NCBI GenBank assembly: GCA_963793865.1
Contig: CAWCBP010000006.1
Span: forward strand, 96,001-160,000
DNA length: 64,000 nucleotides
Source: an uncultured delta proteobacterium
GTDB lineage: Bacteria > Desulfobacterota > WTBG01
Direction: 5' to 3'
Below the pieces are notes generated by a model. That model saw only the letters and a list, made by a program, of their open reading frames with translations. It did not search any database and was not told where the DNA came from. Of this stretch, positions 9,665 to 19,161 are shown one piece after another. The number at the start of each line of letters is the position of its first letter. Position 1 is the first letter of the stretch. A program made the position numbers and the translations under genes.

Positions 9665-10000
9665 GGGATAAGGGATGTGGGATATGCGATAGAAGAGAGA
9701 GGAAAAGTCGTTATCCCGGATCACACATCTCATAGCTCATTTCACAAATCCAAATGACCAAAATTCAAAAGAGAGGCAAACGCTGGTTCGTAGTCCACAG
9801 TCGGCAGTAAGGACAAAAGGAAGACCTGCTGTTATTCTTCGTGTTCTTCATCATTCTTTCTTCGTGGGCTTCGTGGTTGCAGTTTTGAACATTTGATATT
9901 TTGATTTTGAAATTGTTTGGGATTTGGACATTGGATTTTGGGTTTGCGCATCCCGCATCGCATATCCCAAATCGCACATCACACATCTCAGATCGCACCC
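9665..10000. repeat. mosaic of 7-nt, roughly 8-nt and 9-nt degenerate repeats
   Basis: GGGATAA GGGATGT GGGATAT; AAATCCAA/AAATGACC units and complement; TTCGTG units; CGCATCC CGCATCG CATATCC...CACATCA CACATCT. Confidence 0.65.
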
Positions 10001-10016
10001 AAGGGGAGTTACGCAT

Positions 10017-10331
10017 ATGAAGGATTTAGGCTCCATCATGAAACAGGCCCAGAAAATCCAGGCTCAGATGGCGAAAATGCAGGAAGAGCTGTCGTCCCGG
10101 ACAGTCGAGGCGAGCGCGGGCGGGGGCATGATTACCGTGGTCGCCAACGGGAAGCAGGAAGTGATTTCGATCCGCATTGAACCCGAGGTGATTGATGCCA
10201 GCGACAGGGAAATGCTGCAGGACCTGGTCGTGGCTGCGGTGAATGAAGCATTGCGGAAATCGCAGGAAATGGTATCAGAGGAAATGAAGAAAATCACCGG
10301 CGGACTCAACATCCCCGGATTAACCTTCTAA
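10017..10331 (+). CDS. ybaB: YbaB/EbfC nucleoid-associated protein
   Basis: MKQAQKIQ, ASAGGGMITV, EMLQDLVVAAVNEAL; dnaX-ybaB-recR synteny. Confidence 0.95.
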   Translation: MKDLGSIMKQAQKIQAQMAKMQEELSSRTVEASAGGGMITVVANGKQEVISIRIEPEVIDASDREMLQDLVVAAVNEALRKSQEMVSEEMKKITGGLNIPGLTF

Positions 10332-10456
10332 CAGGCTGTTGAAAAACACCCATCTGCTTCGTTACGCTCATCCTTCGTCATTGCGACGTACTTGTATGGA
10401 CGCCTCATTCCTCAGGATTTCGCGTGCCTTGCATCTGGATATTTTTGAACAGCCTG
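10332..10456. mobile_element. MITE with 15-bp terminal inverted repeats
   Basis: CAGGCTGTTGAAAAA...TTTTTGAACAGCCTG; first 25 bp match the copy at 61603 except one base. Confidence 0.8.
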
Positions 10457-10497
10457 AATAAAAATACTCAACAACCTTCTGATGGAATGCGGCAGCC

Positions 10498-11097
10498 ATG
10501 AGCAGAGTAGCGGAACCCATCAACCAGCTGATCAAAAGACTTACCAGGCTGCCGGGCATCGGCGAGAAGACGGCATCGCGACTGGCGCTCCATATACTGC
10601 GCGCGCCCCGGGAAGAGGCGAGGGAACTTGCGGAGAGCATATGTGCAGTTAAGGAAAAAATCACCCTCTGCTCCCAGTGCTATAATCTTACCGATGCCGA
10701 CCCCTGTAACATTTGTGAAGGCGGGGACCGGGACCGGTCACTGCTCTGCGTGGTGGAAGAGCCGGGCGACCTGATGGCCCTGGAAAACAGCGGCGAGTTC
10801 AGGGGCCTTTATCATGTGCTGCACGGCGTCATATCGCCCCTGGACGGGGTTACCCCGGATGACATTAAGATTCAGGAGCTGCTCAAGCGGCTTGAAGGGG
10901 GGCAGGTGAAGGAGGTCATTCTGGCTACCAACCCCACCACCAACGGCAATGCCACCGCCCTCTACCTTTCGAAAATCATAAGCCCCCTCGGCATAGCGGT
11001 GACCCGCATCGCCCAGGGCATACCCATGGGCGGAGACATCGAGTACACCGATGAAGGGACCCTGAAGAAGGCCATGGAGGGCAGGAGGCAGTTCTAA
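10498..11097 (+). CDS. recR: recombination mediator RecR
   Basis: LPGIGEKTASRLA, C4 zinc finger, YHVLHGVISPLDG, TRIAQGIPMGGDIEYTDE. Confidence 0.97.
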   Translation: MSRVAEPINQLIKRLTRLPGIGEKTASRLALHILRAPREEARELAESICAVKEKITLCSQCYNLTDADPCNICEGGDRDRSLLCVVEEPGDLMALENSGEFRGLYHVLHGVISPLDGVTPDDIKIQELLKRLEGGQVKEVILATNPTTNGNATALYLSKIISPLGIAVTRIAQGIPMGGDIEYTDEGTLKKAMEGRRQF

Positions 11098-11193
11098 CAG
11101 GCCGTACAGGAGCCAAAAAAACAGTTGACATAAAATTGGGCTTCATGATAGATATCCGCATTCGATTGACGGAACAGGAAGGAGGAACCGGGG

Positions 11194-11364
11194 ATGGTGA
11201 AGATTGATGTAGACAAGTGCGTGGGATGTGGCGGCTGCATAGATTTATGTCCGGCCACTGCCATAACCTTGGTTGATGATAGAAGTCATGTTAACATCGA
11301 TCTTTGTTTGGAGTGCTTTACCTGCGTTAAGGTCTGCCCGGTGAAGGCGCCTCAGCAGGTATAA
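11194..11364 (+). CDS. 2x[4Fe-4S] ferredoxin, 56 aa (below ORF-track cutoff)
   Basis: Manual translation MVKIDVDKCVGCGGCIDLCP...LCLECFTCVKVCPVKAPQQV; AGGAGG RBS; TTGACA at 11125. Confidence 0.92.
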   Translation: MVKIDVDKCVGCGGCIDLCPATAITLVDDRSHVNIDLCLECFTCVKVCPVKAPQQV

Positions 11365-11477
11365 TCGATTGCCCTGCCCCAGGTTGTGCGCACGACATTT
11401 TTCCCCTTACTCATGTCCTTACTGCATTAAGAAGCTTGCTGTTTGTTTAATCCCGGTGCGAAGAGGGCTGCTGTGTC

Positions 11478-12026
11478 ATGATTGAGGTGCGATTTCACGG
11501 AAGAGGCGGCCAGGGGGCCGTTACCTCGGCGGAGCTGGTTGCGCTTGCGGCCATTAGTGAGGGTAAATATGCCCAATCGTTTCCGAGCTTCGGGCCGGAG
11601 CGCAGGGGAGCCCCCGTCCAGTCCTTCACCCGGGTGAGCGACCAGCCCATACGGTTGCGCACAGCCATCCGTGAGCCCGATTTTTCGGTGGTGCTGGACC
11701 CCGGCCTGATCCTCGTGGGCGGCGCCCTTTCGGGGCTCAAGCAGAAGGGGATCGTGGTCATCAATACCAGGAAATCCATTGCGGAAATCAAAAAGGAATT
11801 TTCCATCACCAGCCGGACCGCGGTCGTGGACGCAACCAGGATTGCCCTTGACGCCCTCGGCCTCCCCATTACCAATACCACCATGATCGGCGCTCTGGTA
11901 AAAGCTTCGGGCATCGTCGACATGGAGTCGCTTGTGGAGCCGCTCCGCCACCGCTTCGGAAAAATTGCCGAGAAAAATATCAAGGTGTGCCGGCTGGCCT
12001 ATGAAGCAACGGTCATAGAGGAGTGA
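11478..12026 (+). CDS. porC: pyruvate/2-oxoacid:ferredoxin oxidoreductase gamma subunit
   Basis: EVRFHGRGGQGAVT, FGPERRGAPV. Confidence 0.93.
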   Translation: MIEVRFHGRGGQGAVTSAELVALAAISEGKYAQSFPSFGPERRGAPVQSFTRVSDQPIRLRTAIREPDFSVVLDPGLILVGGALSGLKQKGIVVINTRKSIAEIKKEFSITSRTAVVDATRIALDALGLPITNTTMIGALVKASGIVDMESLVEPLRHRFGKIAEKNIKVCRLAYEATVIEE

Positions 12027-12029
12027 TCT

Positions 12030-12329
12030 GTGGCAGCGAAGCCTGAAAATGAGCTGACCTGGAAGGATCTGGAGATCGGCTGTGTGATCACCGAGCCGGG
12101 CAATGCCAGCTGTTATCAAACCGGTGACTGGCGATCACAGCGGCCGACCTACGATACCTCCAAATGCATCAAGTGCGGGCTGTGCGCCCTCAATTGTCCT
12201 GAACCCTGCATCCACGAAACAGAGGAGGGTTTTTACAAGGCGGACCTGTATTACTGCAAGGGTTGCGGGACGTGCGCCCGGGTATGCCCAAAATCGGTTA
12301 TCACCATGGTGCAAGAGGAAGAGCAATGA
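12030..12329 (+). CDS. porD: pyruvate/2-oxoacid:ferredoxin oxidoreductase delta subunit
   Basis: TGDWRSQRP; two CxxCxxCxxxCP motifs. Confidence 0.93.
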   Translation: MAAKPENELTWKDLEIGCVITEPGNASCYQTGDWRSQRPTYDTSKCIKCGLCALNCPEPCIHETEEGFYKADLYYCKGCGTCARVCPKSVITMVQEEEQ

Positions 12330-13501
12330 GCAAAAGGGTAGGCATGGAGGCCTCCGTTGCGATTGCGGAGGCGGCAAAACTGGCCCGGGTTGAAGTGGTT
12401 GCAGCGTACCCGATTACGCCCCAGACCCATATTGTGGAGCGTTTCTCGGAGCTGGTTGCTGACGGGGAAGTGGATGCCGAATACGTGTGCGTGGAGTCGG
12501 AACACTCCGCGCTGAGCGCCTGCCTGGGTTCAGCGGCAACCGGCGCGCGTACCTTCACGGCCACAGCAGGCCAGGGGCTGGAACTGATGCACGAAGTGCT
12601 CTATGTGGCCTCGTCCTCCCGGCTGCCTATTGTGATGGCAGTAACCAACCGTGCGCTTTCCGGGCCGCTCAACGTCTGGGGGGACCACTCCGACGTCATG
12701 GCAACCAGAGACTGCGGCTGGATCCAGATCTTCTGCACTGACGGGCAGGAGGCCTTTGACCAGACCATCTGTGCCTTCCGGATGGCGGAAGACGCCAGGG
12801 TTCTCTTCCCGGTGATGGTGCACCTTGACGGCTTCCATGTGTCTCACGTGGTTGAGCCGATTTTTCTCCTCGAACAGAACGAGGTGGATGCGTTTCTTCC
12901 GCCCTACAAATATCCCTTTCCCCTTCACCCGGACAAGCCGGTGACCATGGGCGCCTTTGCGGGGCCGGCAATTTACACTGAGGCGCGGAAGGCCCAGGAA
13001 GAGGCACTGAAAGCTTCCAGGAGCACCATCTGCGCGGTATGGGATGAGTTCGGCAAAAAGTTCGGACGCCGCTATACCCCGGTTGAAACCTACCGGGCTG
13101 AGGACGCTGAGCTGTTATTGCTGATCATGGGCAGCTTCAGCCAGACCGCCGAGGTGGCTGTGGACGCCTTGCGGCAAAAAGGGAAGAAAGTGGGGATGGT
13201 GAGGATCCGCCTGTGGAGGCCGTTTCCCTTTGAGGAATTCCGTCAGGCGGTAAGCAATGCCGGGGTGCTTGCCGTGTTTGATCGCTGCCTTTCCTATGGC
13301 GGCAGCGGCGGTCCCTTGTGCAGCGGCATCAAGGCGGCACTGTACGACGCAAAGGTCAAACCGGCTGTGTACGGCTTTGTGGGCGGCCTGGGCGGACGGG
13401 ATGTGTTCCCGGATGAATTTGAGCGGCTGATCGAAAGAGCATTTGCCCTTGCGGCTCAGGGGAAGGAAGGTACCTACGAGATGATCGGAGTGAGGGAGTG
13501 A
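12326..13501 (+). CDS. porA: pyruvate/2-oxoacid:ferredoxin oxidoreductase alpha subunit
   Basis: AAYPITPQT, ESEHSA, RLWRPFP; ATGA coupling. Confidence 0.94.
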   Translation: MSKRVGMEASVAIAEAAKLARVEVVAAYPITPQTHIVERFSELVADGEVDAEYVCVESEHSALSACLGSAATGARTFTATAGQGLELMHEVLYVASSSRLPIVMAVTNRALSGPLNVWGDHSDVMATRDCGWIQIFCTDGQEAFDQTICAFRMAEDARVLFPVMVHLDGFHVSHVVEPIFLLEQNEVDAFLPPYKYPFPLHPDKPVTMGAFAGPAIYTEARKAQEEALKASRSTICAVWDEFGKKFGRRYTPVETYRAEDAELLLLIMGSFSQTAEVAVDALRQKGKKVGMVRIRLWRPFPFEEFRQAVSNAGVLAVFDRCLSYGGSGGPLCSGIKAALYDAKVKPAVYGFVGGLGGRDVFPDEFERLIERAFALAAQGKEGTYEMIGVRE

Positions 13502-14448
13502 TGGAGCAGCGTAATCTTACTAACGTTCCCCGGCCGGTTGAGCCGGATGAATATCTTGCACCCGGCCACCGGGCATGCATCGGATGCGGCGAGGTGTTGG
13601 CGCTGCGCATGGTGTGCAAGGCACTGGGCAAGGACGTCATCATCGCCAATGCCACCGGGTGCATGGAGATTGTAAGCTCTCCTTTTCCCACTACCTCCTG
13701 GCGTGTTCCCTGGATTCACACCCTGTTTGAAAACACCGCGGCAGTTGCTTCAGGCATTGAATGCGCGGTAAAAATTCTGGAGAAGAAGGGAAAAATCGCC
13801 CCCGGCCAGATTACCGTGGTGGGCATGGGCGGCGACGGGGGAACCAGCGACATCGGATTCCAGGCGCTTTCCGGCGCCCTGGAGCGGGGACACAACTTCA
13901 TCTACGTCTGCTTTGATAACGAAGCCTACATGAACACCGGCATCCAGCGCAGCAGCGCAACGCCCTTCGGGGCCATGACCACTACCTCGCCGCCGGGGAA
14001 GCTGAGCATCGGCCAGAAGACACGGAAAAAGAACATGCCGGAGATAGTAGTTGCGCACGGCATTCCCTACGTGGCAACTCTCAATCCCAGCTACCCCAGG
14101 GATTTGGCCAACAAGGTGCAGAAGGCAAAGAGCATCACGGGTGCCAAGTACCTGCACGTCTACTCGGCATGCCCCACCGGCTGGCGCGCGGCAACCGACC
14201 TCAGCATCGAGCTGGGCAGGCTGGCCGTGGAAACGGGGATTTTCCCCCTGTACGAAGTGGAGAACGGAACCTACCGCCTGACCAAAAAGGTATCCAAGCT
14301 CAAGCCGGTGGGCGACTATCTGAAGCTGCAGGGGAGATTCCGCCACCTCACCGATGACATGCGCGAGCAGATTCAAAAGCAGGTGGATCACGACTACCAG
14401 GCGCTGATGAAGAAAGTGGGTGCCCGGACGCCAAAAGACGACCGGTAA
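13498..14448 (+). CDS. porB: pyruvate/2-oxoacid:ferredoxin oxidoreductase beta subunit (TPP-binding)
   Basis: GHRACIGCG, GGDGG...DNEAYMNTGIQRS, CPTGW. Confidence 0.94.
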   Translation: MMEQRNLTNVPRPVEPDEYLAPGHRACIGCGEVLALRMVCKALGKDVIIANATGCMEIVSSPFPTTSWRVPWIHTLFENTAAVASGIECAVKILEKKGKIAPGQITVVGMGGDGGTSDIGFQALSGALERGHNFIYVCFDNEAYMNTGIQRSSATPFGAMTTTSPPGKLSIGQKTRKKNMPEIVVAHGIPYVATLNPSYPRDLANKVQKAKSITGAKYLHVYSACPTGWRAATDLSIELGRLAVETGIFPLYEVENGTYRLTKKVSKLKPVGDYLKLQGRFRHLTDDMREQIQKQVDHDYQALMKKVGARTPKDDR

Positions 14449-14488
14449 ATGACCTGCCGGGACTGCGGCAGGGAAAAGGGGATTACCC

Positions 14489-14911
14489 ATGTCACATGAA
14501 TTGAAGAAAGCCATCATTGATTTTATAGCAGGCTATCCATTTGCCAATCTGATTACCGTGGGCGAGGATGGAACACCCCGCGGGCGGATAATGGCCAACC
14601 TTCCCATCAGCGATGATATGGTCATCTGGTATGCCACCGGCGCGCAGTCGCGGAAGGTTGCCGAGATCCAAAAAAATCCCGCGGTCAGCGTATTTTACTA
14701 CCGGCCTTCCGATCACAGCAGCGTTTCCGCTCTGGGTACGGCCCGGATTGTGAAGGATGACGAGACCCGCAAAAAAATGTGGCAGGATGCCTGGAGCGCC
14801 TACTGGAAGGACGGGTATCGTGATCCGGCGTACTGCCTGATCAGGATCACCCCCAAAAAGATCGAGTTTCTTGATTACCCCAAGCACAAGCAGGAAACGA
14901 TGGACCTGTAA
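14489..14911 (+). CDS. pyridoxamine 5'-phosphate oxidase-like FMN-binding protein (general stress protein 26 family)
   Basis: DGTPRGRIM, SRKVAEIQKNPAVS, W..AW..YW...DP.Y. Confidence 0.88.
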   Translation: MSHELKKAIIDFIAGYPFANLITVGEDGTPRGRIMANLPISDDMVIWYATGAQSRKVAEIQKNPAVSVFYYRPSDHSSVSALGTARIVKDDETRKKMWQDAWSAYWKDGYRDPAYCLIRITPKKIEFLDYPKHKQETMDL

Positions 14912-14951
14912 TCCTGGTGTGCGGTCACGGCGGCTTTAAAATGTAATCATG

Positions 14952-14981
14952 AAAAAGGGTGCGCTCTCACGCACCCTTTTT
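14952..14981. terminator. intrinsic terminator (bidirectional)
   Basis: AAAAAGGGTGCG-CTCTCA-CGCACCCTTTTT. Confidence 0.85.
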
Positions 14982-15011
14982 AACTGGTAGAGAAGCATTA
15001 CAAGGAACACT

Positions 15012-15830
15012 GTGCAAACCGGCCCGTTACACCTTTGCCAGCCTGACGGCGCCAAATCATGCGGCGCCTGCTGCGGCCTCTACAACTGGGAAAACCATTC
15101 CCGGGCAGCGCTGCAAACCCTTTTAAACGCACGCACCCATCTTTTTGCCTCAGCCGCAGCGCGGGGGGATTTGGAGAGCTATTGCAGGATGGCCGCAAAA
15201 CTTTCCCCGGGCCCGAAGCTCTGCGAGACCATCTACAACTGCGAGTTTTTGGGGTTTGTGGACGATGAACGCACGCGGGTCGGCTGCATGCTCCACCCCT
15301 CCCTCAACCGGGGCGTCGATTTGCGCGCCCGCTCATTTTACGGCGCGAAGCTCTGCGCGGACCACTATTGCATCGGCTTTACCTGCCTGAGCGACATTGA
15401 GCAGCGGGCGGTCGTCCTCTCCCTTGAGGACTGGTACCTCTACGGGCTGGTCATAACCGATATCGATCTGGTGAAATCCTTTTTCGCTCACGCGGAGAAC
15501 CGGATGGGAGACTGCGTGCGCCATGGTCCGCTCGCGGACGACACCGTTCGCCGGGCACTGAGGGATTTCTTCCGGCTTAAGGAGCACTGGAAGTTTGCAT
15601 CAGCTGCAAACATGCTGGGCAAGTATTATTTTTCTCAAGGGGAATATTACAGCGCGCGGATCGAATATGAAAAAAGGCCGGGAAGCAGGCGCTCCCCCTA
15701 TGACCGTATCCTGGTTAGCCTTTCCTCCGACTTCCGGCGTGCGGAGGACCTCGCGGAAGCCGAGGCCATTATCGACGGGCACCTGACGCGCTTTATCAGC
15801 GCTTATGGCGCGGCGTGCGGCGGGGGTTGA
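15012..15830 (+). CDS. Cys-rich hypothetical protein, possibly Fe-S or Zn binding
   Basis: C...SCGACCGLYN, CEFLGF...VGCMLHP, CADHYC; AAGGA RBS and GTG start. Confidence 0.75.
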   Translation: MQTGPLHLCQPDGAKSCGACCGLYNWENHSRAALQTLLNARTHLFASAAARGDLESYCRMAAKLSPGPKLCETIYNCEFLGFVDDERTRVGCMLHPSLNRGVDLRARSFYGAKLCADHYCIGFTCLSDIEQRAVVLSLEDWYLYGLVITDIDLVKSFFAHAENRMGDCVRHGPLADDTVRRALRDFFRLKEHWKFASAANMLGKYYFSQGEYYSARIEYEKRPGSRRSPYDRILVSLSSDFRRAEDLAEAEAIIDGHLTRFISAYGAACGGG

Positions 15831-16714
15831 TCAATCTCATCCCTGACCGCGATCAGCGCGAAGCCGGCGATCTGCCGGTCCTCCGCCATTCTCCGGCAGA
15901 GGTGTTCGAGGGGCTCGTCCTCGACCCGCTTGTGAATGGAACTGGCGTGGCGGAAGAGTGTTTTCCCGTCCCCGGACCTGATGATGAAACCGAGATGGGA
16001 GGCAAAAATGCCTTCCCCGGCGGTGATGAGCACCAGGATCTCGCTTCCCTTCAGCCGTGCTGCCGCCGCCGGCAGGTGCCGGGAAGGAATATAGCGAACG
16101 CTCATGCGCTGCGGCTCCGGCCGGTCGGCGGCTTCAGCGCACCCGCGTGAGGCGGCGAAACCCTTTCGATCAATGGTTTTGGTCATTTCCCGGCACAACT
16201 TTCCCCCGATGTCCGCGGTTATATCCTTCAGCAGCCACCCATTGTTGGGAAGCCAGTCGGCCATCACAAAGTGATTGCGGGTTGCGAAGCTTATAACCCC
16301 TCCGCGATACCTGATCCGCTGAAGGTTGCGGAAGGCCTGCTCATAATTGTTTGAAACTGCCAGGGCGAGCATCTGCTCGCAAAAGGTGACACAGTCCGCC
16401 CGGCTCAGATCCATGAGCGGGTCCCTGTCACAGGCGCCGCCGCTTCCCTCACCCAGGCTGTCGGACGCATAGGGGGTTCCGAGGGCCAGCTCGGAATAGG
16501 CCGCGATTTTTTCAGAGACCGTGGCGCGGGTGCGGGAAATGGAGGCGATAACTTCGTCGGCCTGGGGAATGGTCAGCCGGTGCAGGTTGACCCGGGGCAG
16601 AGTATCCTCCGAAGGTGGCGCCGCTCCGGCGGGTGCGGTTTCTGTGGTGATAAGGATAAGCATGAAGATTGAGAAGGGTTTGGGAAATAAATTTAGCAGC
16701 GAAAGATGCTTCAT
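15803..16714 (-). CDS. DUF1460 N-acetylmuramoyl-L-alanine amidase-like protein (NlpC/P60-related)
   Basis: LGTPY...LGEG, DCVTFCE (catalytic Cys), RNHF..DW, SHLGF, HASS; signal peptide. Confidence 0.85.
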   Translation of the reverse strand: MKHLSLLNLFPKPFSIFMLILITTETAPAGAAPPSEDTLPRVNLHRLTIPQADEVIASISRTRATVSEKIAAYSELALGTPYASDSLGEGSGGACDRDPLMDLSRADCVTFCEQMLALAVSNNYEQAFRNLQRIRYRGGVISFATRNHFVMADWLPNNGWLLKDITADIGGKLCREMTKTIDRKGFAASRGCAEAADRPEPQRMSVRYIPSRHLPAAAARLKGSEILVLITAGEGIFASHLGFIIRSGDGKTLFRHASSIHKRVEDEPLEHLCRRMAEDRQIAGFALIAVRDEIDQPPPHAAP

Positions 16715-16741
16715 GGGGAGCGCGCGCATACGGGGATGAAG

Positions 16742-16782
16742 AAAAAACTAATGGCAGCTTTCAGGGCTGCCATTAGTTTTTT
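16742..16782 (-). terminator. intrinsic terminator of the cold-shock gene
   Basis: AAAAAACTAATGGCAGC-loop-GCTGCCATTAGTTTTTT perfect inverted repeat. Confidence 0.88.
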
Positions 16783-16799
16783 AGTTCGTGATGAGGTCT

Positions 16800-17000
16800 T
16801 TACGTGAGCTTGACATTAATGGCCTGGGGGCCCTTCGGCCCATCCTGAACCTCGAACTCGACGGGGTCGCCTTCCTTCAAGGTTTTGAATCCCTCTGCCT
16901 TGATGCTGGTATAATGCACGAACACATCATTACCATTTTCCTGTGACAAAAAACCATAGCCCTTCTTCTCATTAAACCACTTCACTGTTCCTTTAACCAT
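16800..17000 (-). CDS. cspA: cold-shock protein
   Basis: [27 protein letters not shown]. Confidence 0.96.
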   Translation of the reverse strand: MVKGTVKWFNEKKGYGFLSQENGNDVFVHYTSIKAEGFKTLKEGDPVEFEVQDGPKGPQAINVKLT

Positions 17001-17197
17001 ACTTCTGACCCCCTATGCATAATAAATTGTTGAACCTCCTTGACACTTAATCCCTCACCCCCCATCAAGAAAAGGTTTGTCTTTTTTAACAGCGGTGGAG
17101 ATTAATGCAAGACTTTGTCCAAAATGTAGCAGAAATCGGATTTTTAGTCAATAAAAAATATCAAGAAACAGGCTGGTCGGATACCCTGCGGCACTTT

Positions 17198-19053
17198 TTA
17201 AAAAATGATGGAAAAGGTGTAGCAATCGTCCTCGAGCTGACTCTGCATCGGGTAACCGCACATGTGGAGAACATGCATCATGATCTTGTTCTCCTTGAGC
17301 ACCTGTCCCCGGAATCCCTTAATCCCCCTGCCTTTGGCGATTTCTATCAGATAGCGGAGCAGGAAGCTGCCAATGCCCAGCATCTGGTAGCTGTCCCGGA
17401 CGATGAAGGCAATCTCAGCCATGTTTGAAGTGCGGTCGAGGAAATAGCGGCCGAGGGCGACCATCAGGTCTCGGTCGTCCTTTTTAATCAGGGCCGATGA
17501 TGGCCATTTCTTCGTCGTAGTCGGGATTGACCATGTGCTGCAGGGTGCTGGAGGGCATGGAAACCTGGTGGGTGAAAAAACGCTGGTAAAAGCTCTTATC
17601 TGACAGGGAATAAAAAAATTCCTTCATCAGGGACTCATCAGTTTGCTTCACCGGTCTGAAGAATACATCCAGATTGTGGTCGAAGCGCTCCGTGGCCTCG
17701 AGCTCCTCGGGATAGGGCAGGCCCTTTTCCGGCAGCTCCAGATCTGCAGGCACGTAGCAGCGCGCCTTGGCAAAGTGCAGCAGCTCCTGCCTGAACCGGG
17801 GGTGGGCAATATTGATGAGCGCGATGGCCCGCTCGCGTATGGACTTGCCGTGCAGGTAGGCTACCCCGTACTCGGTTACCACGTAGTGGACGTCTCCCCG
17901 GGAGGTCACTACCCCTGCTGCTTCGCTCAGGTGGGGCACGATGCGGGAAACGGTGCCGTCCCTGGCAGTGGAGGGCAGGGCGATGATCGGCTTTCCCCCG
18001 CGCGATTTAGAGGCGCCGCGCATGAAATCAGCCTGGCCGCCGATTCCGCTGTGAAAGAGATAACCGAGCGACTCGGCGGTGACCTGTCCGGTGAGGTCAA
18101 TTTCCAAAGCGGAATTGATGGCCACCATCTTATCGTTGAGGCTGATGATGTAGGGGTTATTGACGTACTCACTGGGATGGAATTCGACCAGCGGGTTGTC
18201 GTTGACGAAGTCATAGAGTTTCTTGGTGCCCATGCAAAAGGTGGTGATAATCTTTCCGGGGTGGATGGTCTTTTTCTTATTGGTTATCACCCCGGCTTCA
18301 CACAGTTCAACAACGCCGTCTGAGATCATTTCAGAGTGGACACCCAGGTCCGTTTTATCCTTAAGGAACCCGATGATCGCATTCGGAATGGTGCCGATGC
18401 CCATTTGGATGGTCGAGCCATTTTCTATGAATCGGGAGATATTTCTCGCGATGCGCTCGGCTATGTCATCGGGAGGGGCGGGAGGGACCTCGGGGATGGG
18501 GGCATCGTGCTCAACCAGAACGTCGAGCTGATCGACGGAAATGCGAGTGTCTCCGTAGGTCCGCGGCATCTGCGGGTTTACCTCGGCAATAACAATCCTG
18601 GCACTTTCCGCCGCCGATTTAACCACATCAACTGAAATTCCCAGGCAGCAAAGGCCGTGCTCATCCGGCGGTGTAACCTGTATCAGGGCCGCGTCGATAC
18701 GTATGCCGTGGGTTCTGAAGAGCTGCGGGCAGATCCGATAGAAAAACCGGGGTGTAATCCGCCCGTCCTTCGGCGATAGCGGTGCGGGTATTATTACCAA
18801 TGAAGAAGGTATTGCAGCGAAAATTGTTACAGAATTCCTCGTTGGTGTAAGGTGTGCCGCCTATGGTCAGGATATGTATGATCTCGGTATCCCTCAGCTT
18901 GCTTCCGATATCAACCAGGGTCTGAACCAGCAGGCTCGGCACGGCGCAGCCTGAACCGATAAATATTCTATCCCCCGGTCTGATGCGTTGAAGTGCTGAC
19001 TTCGGGTCTTTCAGCTTGTGGCGGTATTTGCTTTTCCATTCATGGGAGGTCAT
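17198..19053 (-). pseudogene. acetyl-CoA hydrolase/transferase fused to a C-terminal GNAT domain; two +1 frameshifts (probably assembly errors)
   Basis: IQMGIGTIP, GVHSEM, SGIGGQADF, VTEYG, then GNAT AEIAFIVRDSYQMLGIG; removing one C on the minus strand at about 18728 and one at about 17492 joins the three ORFs. Confidence 0.88.
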
Positions 19054-19161
19054 CTGTATTCCCCTCGAAGTGCCATGCTTAATAATAACCCATGCATGCC
19101 TGCCTGCGCAAATGAAATTGTTTAACGCTGTATGAGGAGCGCGTGGTAAGAAAAGGATCCG

